Counted from the stretch's first letter, positions 13,600-24,212 are shown. The stretch: DNA of 64,000 bases from Bdellovibrionales bacterium (GCA_965262715.1 OZ253553.1:1312001-1376000); one strand, 5' to 3'. Program-made: numbers and translations. The notes: generated from the sequence alone by a model not told the origin.

Positions 13600-13983
13600 T
13601 TACTTTAATTCAACACTTGCTCCAGCTTTTTCTAAAGCCTCTTTTATCTTATTTGCCTCTTCCTTATTAACACCCTGTTTAACCGGTTTAGGCGCGCTTT
13701 CCACAAGAGTCTTAGCTTCTTTTAACCCTAAGCCAGTTAAAGTCCTCACCTCTTTGATCACGCCAATTTTACTACTGCCAACAGATGTTAAAACAACATC
13801 AAACTCAGTTTTTTCTTCTTCCGCTTTACCAGCAGCTCCTTCTCCCGCTCCAGCTTGAACAACAGGAGCTACCGCTGCAGCACTCACACCCCACTTGTCT
13901 TCCAAAGTTTTAACCAACTCTGCCAGCTCAATTACAGGAAGCTGTGACAAATACTCTATAACTTGATCTCTATCTAAAGACAT
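13600..13983 (-). CDS. rplL: 50S ribosomal protein L7/L12
   Basis: [27 protein letters not shown]. Confidence 0.99.
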   Translation of the reverse strand: MSLDRDQVIEYLSQLPVIELAELVKTLEDKWGVSAAAVAPVVQAGAGEGAAGKAEEEKTEFDVVLTSVGSSKIGVIKEVRTLTGLGLKEAKTLVESAPKPVKQGVNKEEANKIKEALEKAGASVELK

Positions 13984-14089
13984 TAAAAGACCCTCCCTAA
14001 AAGGTTTATCAAAAAATTAATATTTTTATCTCTTTATATCTTATTATATCTTATCATCACCATACAATAAATTTAAGTATTTTAGATAC

Positions 14090-14608
14090 TTATTTACTAT
14101 CCTTATATGCTACAAGCACTCTTAAAAACTGAGATGTAGGGGTTGAAAGCTGCCTTACAAACTTTTCTGCTGGTGCTTGTAAAACTCTCAGTAAACGAGC
14201 TTGCAACTCCTGCTTACTTGGCAAGTTTGCCAAATAAAGAATTTTTGATTTATCTAGGGCCTGCCCCTCCAAAACCCCCATCTTTAACTGTAGAAATGTT
14301 ACTTCCTTGCTAAAATCCTTTAAAAATTTTGCAGACGGCCCTGCCTCATCATAAACAAAAATGCAGGCATTATCCCTTGCCAGCTCTTCATCTAAAGCCT
14401 CTCCTATTTTTGGATGTTTCTTAGCAGCTAACTTCGCTAAAGTGTTTCTCACAACTTTCATGCGAGCATTCAAAGGATGTAAAGCTTTCCTCAAATTGGT
14501 CATTTGCTCCACATTCATGCCTTTAAAAGAAACAAGAAAGACGGCCTTAGCAAGAGAAAATTGATCAGATAAAAAACTAACCTCCTGGCTTTTTTTGGCC
14601 TTATTCAA
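14090..14608 (-). CDS. rplJ: 50S ribosomal protein L10 (TTG start at 14608 after GGAGGA)
   Basis: FKGMNVEQMTNLRK, KVVRNTLAKLA, LANLPSKQEL; directly upstream of rplL. Confidence 0.95.
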   Translation of the reverse strand: MNKAKKSQEVSFLSDQFSLAKAVFLVSFKGMNVEQMTNLRKALHPLNARMKVVRNTLAKLAAKKHPKIGEALDEELARDNACIFVYDEAGPSAKFLKDFSKEVTFLQLKMGVLEGQALDKSKILYLANLPSKQELQARLLRVLQAPAEKFVRQLSTPTSQFLRVLVAYKDSK

Positions 14609-14809
14609 GTATTCCTCCAAGTTAAGTCTTGACTAAATATAATATAGTATAAACTTATAAGCCTTCAGTTGATTAGTTATACAAACATGTATATATATTA
14701 ATACATATTATATATATTATTTATTACTATTAATTTGTAAAAAAAGCTCATTTGATTATAAGTAAAAACTTATTTTACATAAGTCTTCACCTAAAGAGTA
14801 CAAAAAACT

Positions 14810-16039
14810 TTGTTTGGCAACATATTATGCGGTGCGTCTAGACCTAAGGTAAAGTTTATATTTATGAAATGCAAATACATTAAATTCATTTATTTTTTAT
14901 CATTTGCGTTGATAGTGCAAGTACACCTTTTATTTCCTCAAAATATACTCGCTGACTCACCTAAAAAATACTCTATAATAGAAGATATCTTAGAGGTTTA
15001 TACTCAAAATAAGGTCAATTTTTCATGTGCTCAAACCCATTCTCTTTCCACTCGAGTTATTGCCTCTGTCTTAAAAAATGATTTAACTGATCCTCACCCA
15101 ATAAAACCTTCTCTTGAAGGCCAAAAACATTCTTCAGAATATTCTTGCTCTCAAAGAATGAAGCCCTTACAAAGGCTTTTAATCTTACCTCCTTCTCTGT
15201 CTTTTGAAACAAACCATGACCTCATAGACCAGAAAAAAATCTGGAAAATTTTGCACTCCCACTTTGGTAAAAGCAGGCAATTGAAAATTGTTTCTTGGGA
15301 CAGAATGCATTCTTTACTAAAAGCAACCTCTGAGAATCAAGATAAAGCTACCATTCTAAAAAAACAAAATGAGGGAAATCTTCAACTTGCTCACCTCACT
15401 GATGCAGATGCTTATCTTATTACATTGATAGACGAGCAAAAAACTCAAATACAAGTTTATTCCACACAAGATACTCATTTACTTTGGGAAGAAGAAACCC
15501 CTCACACTTCTGATTATAGCAGTATTCTCAGTATATTAGACCAAAATATGGATGCTATGGTTAAAAACTTTTTAAAATCTTTCCCTTATCATGGTATTCA
15601 AATTTTAGACCCTTTGTGGAAAGAAGTAATTTTAGAAAAGAATTTTCAAAATCTAGCTAAAATAGATGTGGGCTCCAACTCTTCTATTCAAAAGGGTGAT
15701 CCTATATTTTGGATAGAGATTTGCCGCATTAACAAGGCTCCTTTATTCAAAGAGGGGAGGAAAGCTCATATTTTAGCAAAAGGTGAAGTCCTCAAAAAAG
15801 AGCGTGGGATATTGCTAGCACATATAACCCATTATAGATCTGGCTTAAGTGACTGGAAAGAAAAGCTCAGTGAAGGAACATTGATTGTCTTTGCCAATAA
15901 CAATAAGAGCACTCCTTTAATAACAGATCAAGATACTGCGCTACATCCCATAAAAAACAAAGCTGATAAAACAAGATCACGTCTTACAACCGCTACCGGT
16001 ATTTTGAGTATTTTGATCTTACTTGCTGTTCTTCTGTAA
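14810..16039 (+). CDS. Hypothetical exported protein with C-terminal membrane anchor (start probably ATG 14864)
   Basis: Long ORF, hydrophobic N-terminal signal and C-terminal TM helix. Confidence 0.65.
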   Translation: MFGNILCGASRPKVKFIFMKCKYIKFIYFLSFALIVQVHLLFPQNILADSPKKYSIIEDILEVYTQNKVNFSCAQTHSLSTRVIASVLKNDLTDPHPIKPSLEGQKHSSEYSCSQRMKPLQRLLILPPSLSFETNHDLIDQKKIWKILHSHFGKSRQLKIVSWDRMHSLLKATSENQDKATILKKQNEGNLQLAHLTDADAYLITLIDEQKTQIQVYSTQDTHLLWEEETPHTSDYSSILSILDQNMDAMVKNFLKSFPYHGIQILDPLWKEVILEKNFQNLAKIDVGSNSSIQKGDPIFWIEICRINKAPLFKEGRKAHILAKGEVLKKERGILLAHITHYRSGLSDWKEKLSEGTLIVFANNNKSTPLITDQDTALHPIKNKADKTRSRLTTATGILSILILLAVLL

Positions 16040-16132
16040 TATCTAGAAAATCCATAAGCTTGAAGATTTCAAACTTAATAAGCTATATGTAACTCATCAA
16101 AAAATGCTTCAGTTCCACCGCCAGAGTCTTAT

Positions 16133-18439
16133 TTATTTTCTAAAGCAGCAAAGACCCTGGTAATTCGGCAGGTTAATAACAGTTTCATAACCACTAGTTG
16201 ATAAACAAGTATTTCCTGATGCTAAGGTAAATCCAGTACAATCATTATTTGAATCTTGACAATGTAAAGTTTTTGCATGTCCACAAGATGGTAAACAACT
16301 AGCTCCTCCATAGTGTCTTCCCGTTGTATTGCACTTTTTACAATCTGTGGCATCAGCACCTCCATTTGACCCTGGGCAATGCCATGTATCATAACCACCA
16401 TCTGTACTTTTATTTGTAGCTACAGCTGATGATGGAGAACAACCATACTTCACTGCATTATTATTACAACTGCCACTTATAGGAGTGGTACAGCGGACTT
16501 CTCTAGTATCATCTCCTGTTCCTTCACTACAATGGCTTGCCCGTTCATGAAGAATATTACGGCAGGTCCAAGTATAATTAGTCGCACTAGTGTCTGTTGG
16601 ATGAGGTGAAAATGTACCTGCACTACAACATGAGGCTCCTGATTTACCATCTCTGCATGAACTGCTCCTAGTACCGCATCTTCCACATACTACTGTCGGT
16701 GTAGTTGTTGTTTGTGTTGTTGTTGATGTAGTTGTTGGTGTAGATTTTAGTACCCTTTTACAGCACTTAGATTGATCCCAAGTTTTAGGCATATCTACGA
16801 TAGTGTAATTGGCAGTGTCACCACAGCTGCTGCTTCCACTCGCACAAGTTCCCGCTACACTTCGACTGTTATTACATGCAACCCCACAAGATGGTCGACA
16901 GAGACCATCAACTATTTTGTAGTGATGAGGCGGAGTCACGCTTACTGGACATGTTTGTGTTGTTGTTGATGTTGTGTTTGTGTTTGTGTTTGTGGTTGTC
17001 GTTGTGCTTGTGCTTGTGGTTGGTATTGTTGATTTTAATTCATCACAGCTCATTTCTTTAAGATCATCTCCTGCTCCTTCACTACAATGACTTGCTGATA
17101 CATAAGGAGTATTACGACAAGTCCAGTTATACTGAGTCGTACTATCATCTGGAGAGCCGTGAAAACTTCCTGCACTACAACATGAATCTTTTCCTGTCCC
17201 TCCATTTCCACCACACTCAGCACTGCCAGTGCCACATGCTCCACATACCACTGGTGTAGTTGAACAAACATGAATGTTGGGTTGAACTTCTGTAGAACCA
17301 AAAAAGCAATCCTCTGAAGAGCAATAATGATAATAAGATTCTTCCTTAGAAGGTGATCCCTGATTGGAAGCTGTGATTGTCACTTTGTTTTCTACACATC
17401 CTTGAGCAGCAGGTGTGATATCTATTGTACCACCAGAACAAACAACCGTTGTATTAGAGCCTCCATTTGACGAGTATGTACAAGACTCAGCATTTTGAAT
17501 ATTTAAACCTAAGAAAACAGATGAGTTATCAGTAGGTCTTGAATATTTATAAATATCATTAGTCTCTAAGGTTGTTTCCACTGCATCACTGTTAGAGTCC
17601 ACTAATTGAATAGGTCCAAAGTGGGGCTCTAACTGCGCAGTGACATTAAATAGCTTGTGTCTCTGACTAGAGCATTGATTTCCCGTATTGACTGCAGAGA
17701 CTTCTACAAAAATACCACCAATATCACTCTGCCCAAAGCTCACTGTTATACTCGCACCTGTTCCTTCTTCAACTGAAGAGGGCAATGTGACTTTCCATTC
17801 AATGGAGGAAAAATCAGATGCGTTTTCCAAGCTAAAAGTAGCTGACTGACCACTGACTAAAGAACCTGACGTCAATAAAATCTCTAAAGTATCTGGAGTA
17901 CAATCTCCTATAATGATTCTTTTTTCAGCCTCCGTGAGAGGATCTGTAGATCCTTGCGCATAGCTAGTTGCAGAAACATCATAAGTGCCAACTTCTGTAA
18001 ATTCAAATTGATACTTTGCATTAGGTGTTTCTTGATCATCTTCAACTTCAGAGCCTTTTTTGACAGTCCATTCAAACTTACTAGAATCAGGATGAGCACC
18101 TTCGAAATCAAATACAACAGTAGAATTAACTGCAAATTGACCTTTTGCCATACTTGAACCTTCACTGGATAAATAGGCAACCAAACTACCCATGGTTGGT
18201 CCATCATTTGTAGTAGTAGTACTACTACTACTACTAGTAGTAGTAATTTGAGCAGAGCGAATAGTTGTTGTTGTCTCTACCAATGATGGCAGATTCAATG
18301 AACTCTCTGTATTACAATTTTGAAAGGTGACAGCCAATAATAATAGAAAGAATAAAGGAACTAATAAATACAAGTAGCCTTTAATATTTACAAATCTTTT
18401 TAAAAAACTAACATATTGGGAAAAGATAGATGCCTTCAT
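16133..18439 (-). CDS. Secreted lipoprotein with PKD/Ig-like region, Thr/Ser linkers and duplicated Cys-rich modules
   Basis: Signal ...LLAVTFQNC; FEFTEVGTYDVSAT PKD-like; two CGxCGT...CCSAG...YxWTCRN...HCSEG modules. Confidence 0.75.
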   Translation of the reverse strand: MKASIFSQYVSFLKRFVNIKGYLYLLVPLFFLLLLAVTFQNCNTESSLNLPSLVETTTTIRSAQITTTSSSSSTTTTNDGPTMGSLVAYLSSEGSSMAKGQFAVNSTVVFDFEGAHPDSSKFEWTVKKGSEVEDDQETPNAKYQFEFTEVGTYDVSATSYAQGSTDPLTEAEKRIIIGDCTPDTLEILLTSGSLVSGQSATFSLENASDFSSIEWKVTLPSSVEEGTGASITVSFGQSDIGGIFVEVSAVNTGNQCSSQRHKLFNVTAQLEPHFGPIQLVDSNSDAVETTLETNDIYKYSRPTDNSSVFLGLNIQNAESCTYSSNGGSNTTVVCSGGTIDITPAAQGCVENKVTITASNQGSPSKEESYYHYCSSEDCFFGSTEVQPNIHVCSTTPVVCGACGTGSAECGGNGGTGKDSCCSAGSFHGSPDDSTTQYNWTCRNTPYVSASHCSEGAGDDLKEMSCDELKSTIPTTSTSTTTTTNTNTNTTSTTTQTCPVSVTPPHHYKIVDGLCRPSCGVACNNSRSVAGTCASGSSSCGDTANYTIVDMPKTWDQSKCCKRVLKSTPTTTSTTTQTTTTPTVVCGRCGTRSSSCRDGKSGASCCSAGTFSPHPTDTSATNYTWTCRNILHERASHCSEGTGDDTREVRCTTPISGSCNNNAVKYGCSPSSAVATNKSTDGGYDTWHCPGSNGGADATDCKKCNTTGRHYGGASCLPSCGHAKTLHCQDSNNDCTGFTLASGNTCLSTSGYETVINLPNYQGLCCFRK

Positions 18440-18489
18440 ATATACCTTTCTGTTTGTTTTACTTTGAGTCTATTTGGATTATATAAAAG

Positions 18490-18518
18490 CTATCGGCTAA
18501 TTATTTTTTAAACTTTAG
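18490..18518 (-). promoter_or_regulatory. Putative sigma28 (FliA) promoter
   Basis: TAAAGTTT-N12-GCCGATAG on minus strand about 50 nt upstream of the 18439 start. Confidence 0.55.
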
Positions 18519-18621
18519 TCCATTTTGAGATATTATTAGGAAATTGATCTATCAACTCAAATGTAAGAAACTTTAGTTTATAGGCAGATTATATTATAAT
18601 AGACAGGTTATCATATCATAA

Positions 18622-18713
18622 GGAGAGGTGAGAGAGTGGTTTAATCTGCACGCCTGGAAAGTGTGTGTACTTTGAAAAGAGTACCGTGAGTTCGAATCTC
18701 ACCCTCTCCGCCA
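18622..18713 (+). tRNA. tRNA-Ser(GGA)
   Basis: GGAGAGG/CCTCTCC acceptor stem, anticodon loop CT-GGA-AA, long variable arm, TTCGAAT T-loop, encoded CCA. Confidence 0.97.
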
Positions 18714-18854
18714 ATTTTTTAAAAGCTTTTATCTATAAAACCCCCTTATATAAGACTTAAGCTATATTCTTCATAACAACCTTATTTTGAATAAGCTTCT
18801 AGACTTTCACAAGGTTTTGACATATGCTCATCATCCCTTTAGTAGGAGAAGACT

Positions 18855-19733
18855 ATGTGGAACTTGTGTTTATCTATTTTATCTTATCACTCTCAAGCCA
18901 TCTGTATTGAGGATTTTATAAAATGGTTATCTTCTCAAACTCTTCAAGATTCTCCTTGTTTATTATTGGACATGATCCCAGATGGAAAGCTTAAGTCTTA
19001 CTTATTAAAACATCCTGATTGGTATCAGCAGGCTTTAGAACAAATACAAAAAATGCAGAATCAAAACATTCATATTATTTATCCAGGACATATAAATTAT
19101 CCTAAAAACTTTTATAAATTACCTGATCCTCCTCTTTTTTTAACCTACGAAGGACAGCCTGTTTGGAAAGATCATAAATGCCTAAGCGTTGTAGGAAGCA
19201 GAGAGCCTACTGATAGAGCTTTAAAATGGATGGAAACACATCTTAAAAGTGTTTTTTTAGAAGTGTGCTCTGTCAGTGGAGGAGCAAGAGGTATTGATCA
19301 AAAAGCTCATAATATCTCTTTAAGAACTAAAAGACCAACAGTTGTTTTTCTTCCAAGTGGATTAAGATGTGTTTATCCTAAATCACTAGCAACTTGGTCA
19401 AATGAAATCATTGAAACAGGAGGAGCTATTGTTTCAGAGTTTTTACCTCAAACATTTATGCAAAAACAGCACTTTCACAGACGAAATCGTTTGATTGCAA
19501 GCATCAGCGATACCCTTTTAATTGTAGAAGCCAGGCTTAAAAGTGGTTCTCTACTGACAGCTAATTTAGCTTCTAATATAGATCAATCGATAGCTGTCCT
19601 ACCAAGCTTTCCAGATGATATTCAAACAGAAGGTAATATTAAACTTTTACTTGAAGGTGTTCAACCTGTTGTCTCCTCCAAAGATCTTTTAAGCCTGATC
19701 AACCTAGGTTATGCAAAACGACAAGCTCAATAA
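18855..19733 (+). CDS. dprA: DNA-processing protein DprA
   Basis: LSVVGSRE, SVSGGARGIDQKAH, HFHRRNRLIA, IVEARLKSGSLLTA. Confidence 0.93.
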   Translation: MWNLCLSILSYHSQAICIEDFIKWLSSQTLQDSPCLLLDMIPDGKLKSYLLKHPDWYQQALEQIQKMQNQNIHIIYPGHINYPKNFYKLPDPPLFLTYEGQPVWKDHKCLSVVGSREPTDRALKWMETHLKSVFLEVCSVSGGARGIDQKAHNISLRTKRPTVVFLPSGLRCVYPKSLATWSNEIIETGGAIVSEFLPQTFMQKQHFHRRNRLIASISDTLLIVEARLKSGSLLTANLASNIDQSIAVLPSFPDDIQTEGNIKLLLEGVQPVVSSKDLLSLINLGYAKRQAQ

Positions 19734-19995
19734 AAATGTAACCCTTTATGCATTCCAATCATGTAATATTTACATAACCTTGTAAATATTACATGATTAG
19801 GTTTATTATTTTAAGTATCTTTAGATTTCACTTGCAAAAATCAACTAGATTTAGTATAAGCTAGCTACTTTATTCTTTATTAAAATTAAAGTTTTTATTT
19901 AATTAGGAGTCATCTTGCAAAATAAAAAACTTATTTTTGAGATGGCTTCTGGGAATTTAACTAAATTAATAACCCAAAAATTAGGAGTTTATATT

Positions 19996-20473
19996 AGCCT
20001 TGTTGCACAAATATTGATTCTATTACATCGAGTTACCATTAACGTCTTTTGACAGGTTTGTGAACTAGTTGTGGCAAGCCACCCCAAGTCAGAGCATTGT
20101 GAAATAAAGTTTTAAAAGAATTTTTATTCTATAATTAATTAGGTCTTGTTGTATAAAATAAACATGCATAGGAGAGTTATGGTAGGCATCTGATCTAGCT
20201 CAGGCCAGTGCCTTATGAGACACCTTTTAAAAAGGATTTTTTTTCTATATAAAATCATAAAGTCACAGTAGTACATGGCACGGGGGCCGCCTGCCAGCTT
20301 GTGAAGATGCCTACCATAACTCTCAAACTTTTATATAAATACTTCTTACCTTAATATTTATGCAAACAAGACTATTAATTATAAAAATAATGAAAGTTCA
20401 TTGCTCGAAAGCTGCCTGCTGCTAGTGGAAAATCTGCTAAAAGACACTACTAACATATACAAATATTTGTGCA
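19996..20473. repeat. Hairpin repeat family C, outer copy, with a second family-C element nested at 20141-20380
   Basis: Matches the uninterrupted copy at 62780-62990; insert flanked by attaatt direct repeats and contains a 20-bp perfect IR (20172-20191 / 20305-20324). Confidence 0.8.
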
Positions 20474-20838
20474 TCCAAGCCACTTATGTCTCAAAAATAA
20501 ACTTTGTTTTAATATCTCCAGCCTTTTAATCAACAAGCTCGCAATGAAATCTTTATTGTTATTGGAGATTGTTGAGCAAATATTTATATATTTTAGCTGC
20601 CCAGCAGCTTTTGAAGGCTTCTTTACTAGGTTATAGATAACTAGATTATAGATAACAATTAGAAGAGGACACACAAAGAGAATATAAGTGGACAAAAAAG
20701 AGACTTTTTATTACAATTTATATATAGAGAACAAAGTCTGTATAAGTATAAAAATAGGCAAAAATCAAAAATTATATTTTTTTGAAAAAAAGTTCTATAT
20801 ACGTAAAAAAATACCTGACTTTTGTTAAGGAGATAACT

Positions 20839-21843
20839 ATGTTTTTTAAATGCTCTTTTAAAACCCATTTAAATAACATTTTAAGAAATAGAATTTCAAA
20901 ATATGCTATTTTAAAACAAAGAAAATATATCAAAATAAGACATTTAAAGCAAGCAGGCTTTACTCTAATAGAGCTAATGATTGCAGTGACACTAACATCG
21001 TTTATGGCACTTGCCATCTCTTCTGTATTTATCTTTTCTGTTGAGCAGTTTAATATCTTGCTACAACAACATAAGACAGAAGAGGCTATGCTTTTTGCAT
21101 CTTACCATATAAGAAGTTACCTCTCTCAAGCTATTAATATGCAAATAGTATCATCAACACCACCATGTTATATAAAGCCCTCAGATACAACAGGGACAAT
21201 AAACGCCGATCGAGGATTTATAATACAATATGATACATCCTGTTCCCTCCCTCCCTCTCCTGAAATAGCCTTAGTAGCTTTATTTCCCAGAGAAAATTCT
21301 TTTAAATACAACAGTGTGGATCTTTTTGAAACATCTATTTTTTACGAACGTCCAACGGGTATCCGTCCAGGCCGTCTTATGTTTGGTTTAGGAACAAGAA
21401 CCAGTAGAACTACAAGTTTTCTTCATTCTCCTCATTCTCCTCATAATATTATTTATGAGGGGCTTTCATCTTTTGAAATGACATTTCCCAGCCAAGGCAT
21501 CAGAGAGGTTCAAAACATTTGTGATCCAGGTCCAGGTACTTGTTCAATGAAAACAATGGCTAGAACAGCTCAAGTGACACTGAAATTCCGTTATTTTCTT
21601 TTTACAGAAGGTAGTGGTGGAAACTTTTATGATTATGTTTCAGATATAAGAGAAGTTAATGCAAGAGAAGTAGAAAATATAATAAGTGTTAATTTTCACA
21701 ATAACACTATGGCAAAATGTGAGGAAATTGGAACAGGCTGTGATCCAAGTAGCCCAGATGCAACAGGGACAGAGAAAGAACGTATTTTTGGCCCTATCTA
21801 CTTTTATAAACTTATTATCCCTGCAGGTCTTTTAAACTTCTAG
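20839..21843 (+). CDS. Prepilin-type N-terminal cleavage/methylation domain protein
   Basis: QAG-FTLIELMIAV class III signal; AAGGAG RBS before ATG 20839. Confidence 0.8.
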   Translation: MFFKCSFKTHLNNILRNRISKYAILKQRKYIKIRHLKQAGFTLIELMIAVTLTSFMALAISSVFIFSVEQFNILLQQHKTEEAMLFASYHIRSYLSQAINMQIVSSTPPCYIKPSDTTGTINADRGFIIQYDTSCSLPPSPEIALVALFPRENSFKYNSVDLFETSIFYERPTGIRPGRLMFGLGTRTSRTTSFLHSPHSPHNIIYEGLSSFEMTFPSQGIREVQNICDPGPGTCSMKTMARTAQVTLKFRYFLFTEGSGGNFYDYVSDIREVNAREVENIISVNFHNNTMAKCEEIGTGCDPSSPDATGTEKERIFGPIYFYKLIIPAGLLNF

Positions 21844-21959
21844 CGACAATGATTTGATGTGATTTGTAAGAGCAGAGTTCAGAGAAAGTAATAGTCATGC
21901 CATATCCCAGAAGAAACCATATTCCAAAATGCAAAATTTATTTTTGAAACTGCTTATAA

Positions 21960-22475
21960 TTAATTGGTTTGGTTGTCAAAGAGATTCATATTTGCCAATC
22001 TAAAAGTATTTTGATATTCATCATATTTGTAGATATTTATACGAGCTGATAGATTGTTTTCATAACCTGGAACAAGAATTTCTAATCTGTCATCTCCATC
22101 TATATCATATAAAGCTAAATTACTAGACACCCCTTTAAAATTGATGTAAGCATCTCTATTAAAAGAAAGTGGAATACGATTTAACAGTAAAAGACCAGAT
22201 TGAAAATCTGTAGTATGACCATAAACTTCTAAAAAAAACTCATTATTCTTTCTTACTTTAATAACTTTTACTCTTTGTCCATCAGAAAAAATATCTCCTG
22301 CTGCCGTAGATAAAACTTCCCTTTGATGAGAAATAAATATGTTATGTAAATTTTCTCTGATATTATCATTAAGAACACAAATTGTGACTAAAGAAAAAAA
22401 TGTCAATGCCATAGAATAAATAGCAAAATCTAAAGAGCTTTTTAATTTTAACTGAATTTCTTTTAAGCTCTTCAT
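21960..22475 (-). CDS. Hypothetical membrane-anchored protein with an FG-GAP-like Ca-binding loop
   Basis: N-terminal TM; YDIDGDDRLEILV. Confidence 0.65.
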   Translation of the reverse strand: MKSLKEIQLKLKSSLDFAIYSMALTFFSLVTICVLNDNIRENLHNIFISHQREVLSTAAGDIFSDGQRVKVIKVRKNNEFFLEVYGHTTDFQSGLLLLNRIPLSFNRDAYINFKGVSSNLALYDIDGDDRLEILVPGYENNLSARINIYKYDEYQNTFRLANMNLFDNQTN

Positions 22476-22620
22476 TAACTTTCCTCGTTTTATATACTTA
22501 TATACAGATAATATTATTTATCGGTATAATTTGATAAAATACAAAATGAAATAAAATGTATAACTCAACCCACTCAATCATTCAAAATGAAACATATATT
22601 TAAAATGCCGTATCAACAAA

Positions 22621-22850
22621 TTAGAAGCTATCTCAGAAATAAGTTTTGTATTTTGCTTTTGCTAGTTATGAACCAAAGTTAAAATAGCAAGTCACCGTTA
22701 CCCCGGAGTCTGGCGCTCCAGCAAAGAAGTTTTTGGGAACTGTCCTCAGTTTGCCAGGTTGCCTTGAAGAACCTGTTACGGAAGTCCTTTGTAGTGCATC
22801 GGTAACACAGTTATTTATAACAAATTCATGGTTTTTAAGGTGACTTCTAA
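22621..22850. repeat. Hairpin repeat family A, copy 1
   Basis: Imperfect terminal IR ttagaagctatctcagaaa / tttttaaggtgacttctaa; homologous to copies at 24424, 26359, 30313. Confidence 0.75.
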
Positions 22851-22940
22851 ACAAATTCAGGATTTATCTTTGACTTATTTTGTAACAAGCTACTTGTTTT
22901 TATTATATCCTTAACTCTTCATTTCTAAGAATTAGATGTA

Positions 22941-24167
22941 CTAGTCGCCATCGTTGTCGTTGTCGTCGTCATCATCGTCATCGTCGTCATCATCATCATC
23001 GTCGTCGTCATCATCATCGTCGTCATCATCGTCATCGTCACCATCATCGTTAAGATAATTGTAAGAAACTTGAACAGTAGTTCCTTCTAAGACAGGGGTA
23101 TCAAAGACGATCTTATTTTCTTGACTATCAAGTTGCCAACCTTGAATATTCTCTTCTGGAGTAAAAGTTAAACTTATTATGTTTTCTATAACATTCGTAT
23201 ACTTCAACTGGATTTCATTTGAGTTATCCACAAATCTCTCTGTTATATCAGATTCTATTTCAGTGATAAAAGTGTTATAATCCTCTTCACAAATACTGCC
23301 AATAATTCCCCCTACCTCATCAATAAGATCAGAGACGGCATAACTAAAGTTTGGGATATCTTGAGTCTGCGCTTGTGCACATTCTGTATCACCAACTTCA
23401 GTTACAAGACCATAAACAGTAAACTCTTTAGACTCTCCTAAATGATTTTGTAGCGATGCTATCACTCCTACGAGAGGGGTATCTTCATCCTTATCCTGAC
23501 CTGCACTAAGTATAATAGTGGCTAAAACAGCATCTTCTCTAAAAAATGCTTGGTTTTCAGTTTTTCCTATACTTTGAATCATACTGATCAAAGGTTGTAC
23601 TTTGTTTCCTATTGATGACTTCATTGTTTCTATCACTAGCTCTGTTATAATCTGATCAGTCTGTATTTCTGGAGTTAGGATATAAGTATTATTATTTAAA
23701 TTATTTTCAGGCGTTTCTCCTACATAAGAATAAAAACCTGTTTGATTTCTTAAAGGTAGAAATGTTGGCAAATCATTACTATTGTTTTGATCAGGGTCTT
23801 CAGATATAAAAGCAACTTGCCAATCTAAAGATTCAAAATAAGTCTCAGAAAGCAACCGGCTAAGGCCTAAACCTAATTTTGATTTTACTGTCTCTTTAGC
23901 TAATCCTGATCCTTGAGGAACAACTACAAGAATATCTAACTTATTATTATTAGATGAAGAGATAAGAAAACTCTCTTCAGCAGTGCTAGAAGTATTAGAA
24001 GTATTAGAAGTATCACCTTGAGAGCCCATATCACTTGAATTAGTATTTATTGCATCGTCATCTGTTGCATTGTCAAAAAAACAACCTGATAAGCTCATAC
24101 AACAAAAAAGACAAAAAGTAAGTTTAAAGAAATTTTTTAAGATTTTAATTTTCACGCCCTCTCTCAT
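22941..24167 (-). CDS. vWA-like lipoprotein paralog with degenerate MIDAS motif and poly-Asp tail
   Basis: Lipobox SLSGC; shares LDWQVAFI, FFREDAVLA, GSICEEDY, KIVFDTP with neighbours; about 30 Asp at C-terminus. Confidence 0.8.
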   Translation of the reverse strand: MREGVKIKILKNFFKLTFCLFCCMSLSGCFFDNATDDDAINTNSSDMGSQGDTSNTSNTSSTAEESFLISSSNNNKLDILVVVPQGSGLAKETVKSKLGLGLSRLLSETYFESLDWQVAFISEDPDQNNSNDLPTFLPLRNQTGFYSYVGETPENNLNNNTYILTPEIQTDQIITELVIETMKSSIGNKVQPLISMIQSIGKTENQAFFREDAVLATIILSAGQDKDEDTPLVGVIASLQNHLGESKEFTVYGLVTEVGDTECAQAQTQDIPNFSYAVSDLIDEVGGIIGSICEEDYNTFITEIESDITERFVDNSNEIQLKYTNVIENIISLTFTPEENIQGWQLDSQENKIVFDTPVLEGTTVQVSYNYLNDDGDDDDDDDDDDDDDDDDDDDDDDDDDDNDNDGD

Positions 24168-24195
24168 TATGATATAACACCCTTACTTAATAAGA

Positions 24196-24212
24196 AGCAA
24201 TTTTAATACCAA
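24196..24212 (-). promoter_or_regulatory. Putative sigma54 promoter
   Basis: TTGGTATTAAAATTGCT (GG-N10-GC), conserved upstream of all four paralogs. Confidence 0.65.

Noticed and set aside
22672..22720. caaagttaaaatagcaagtcaccgtta in family A resembles the SpCas9 tracrRNA core (caagttaaaataaggctagtccgtta) and follows a hairpin
   Set aside because: No cas9/iscB in the window, no complementarity to the local CRISPR repeat, and the match is weaker in other A copies; likely chance in AT-rich DNA
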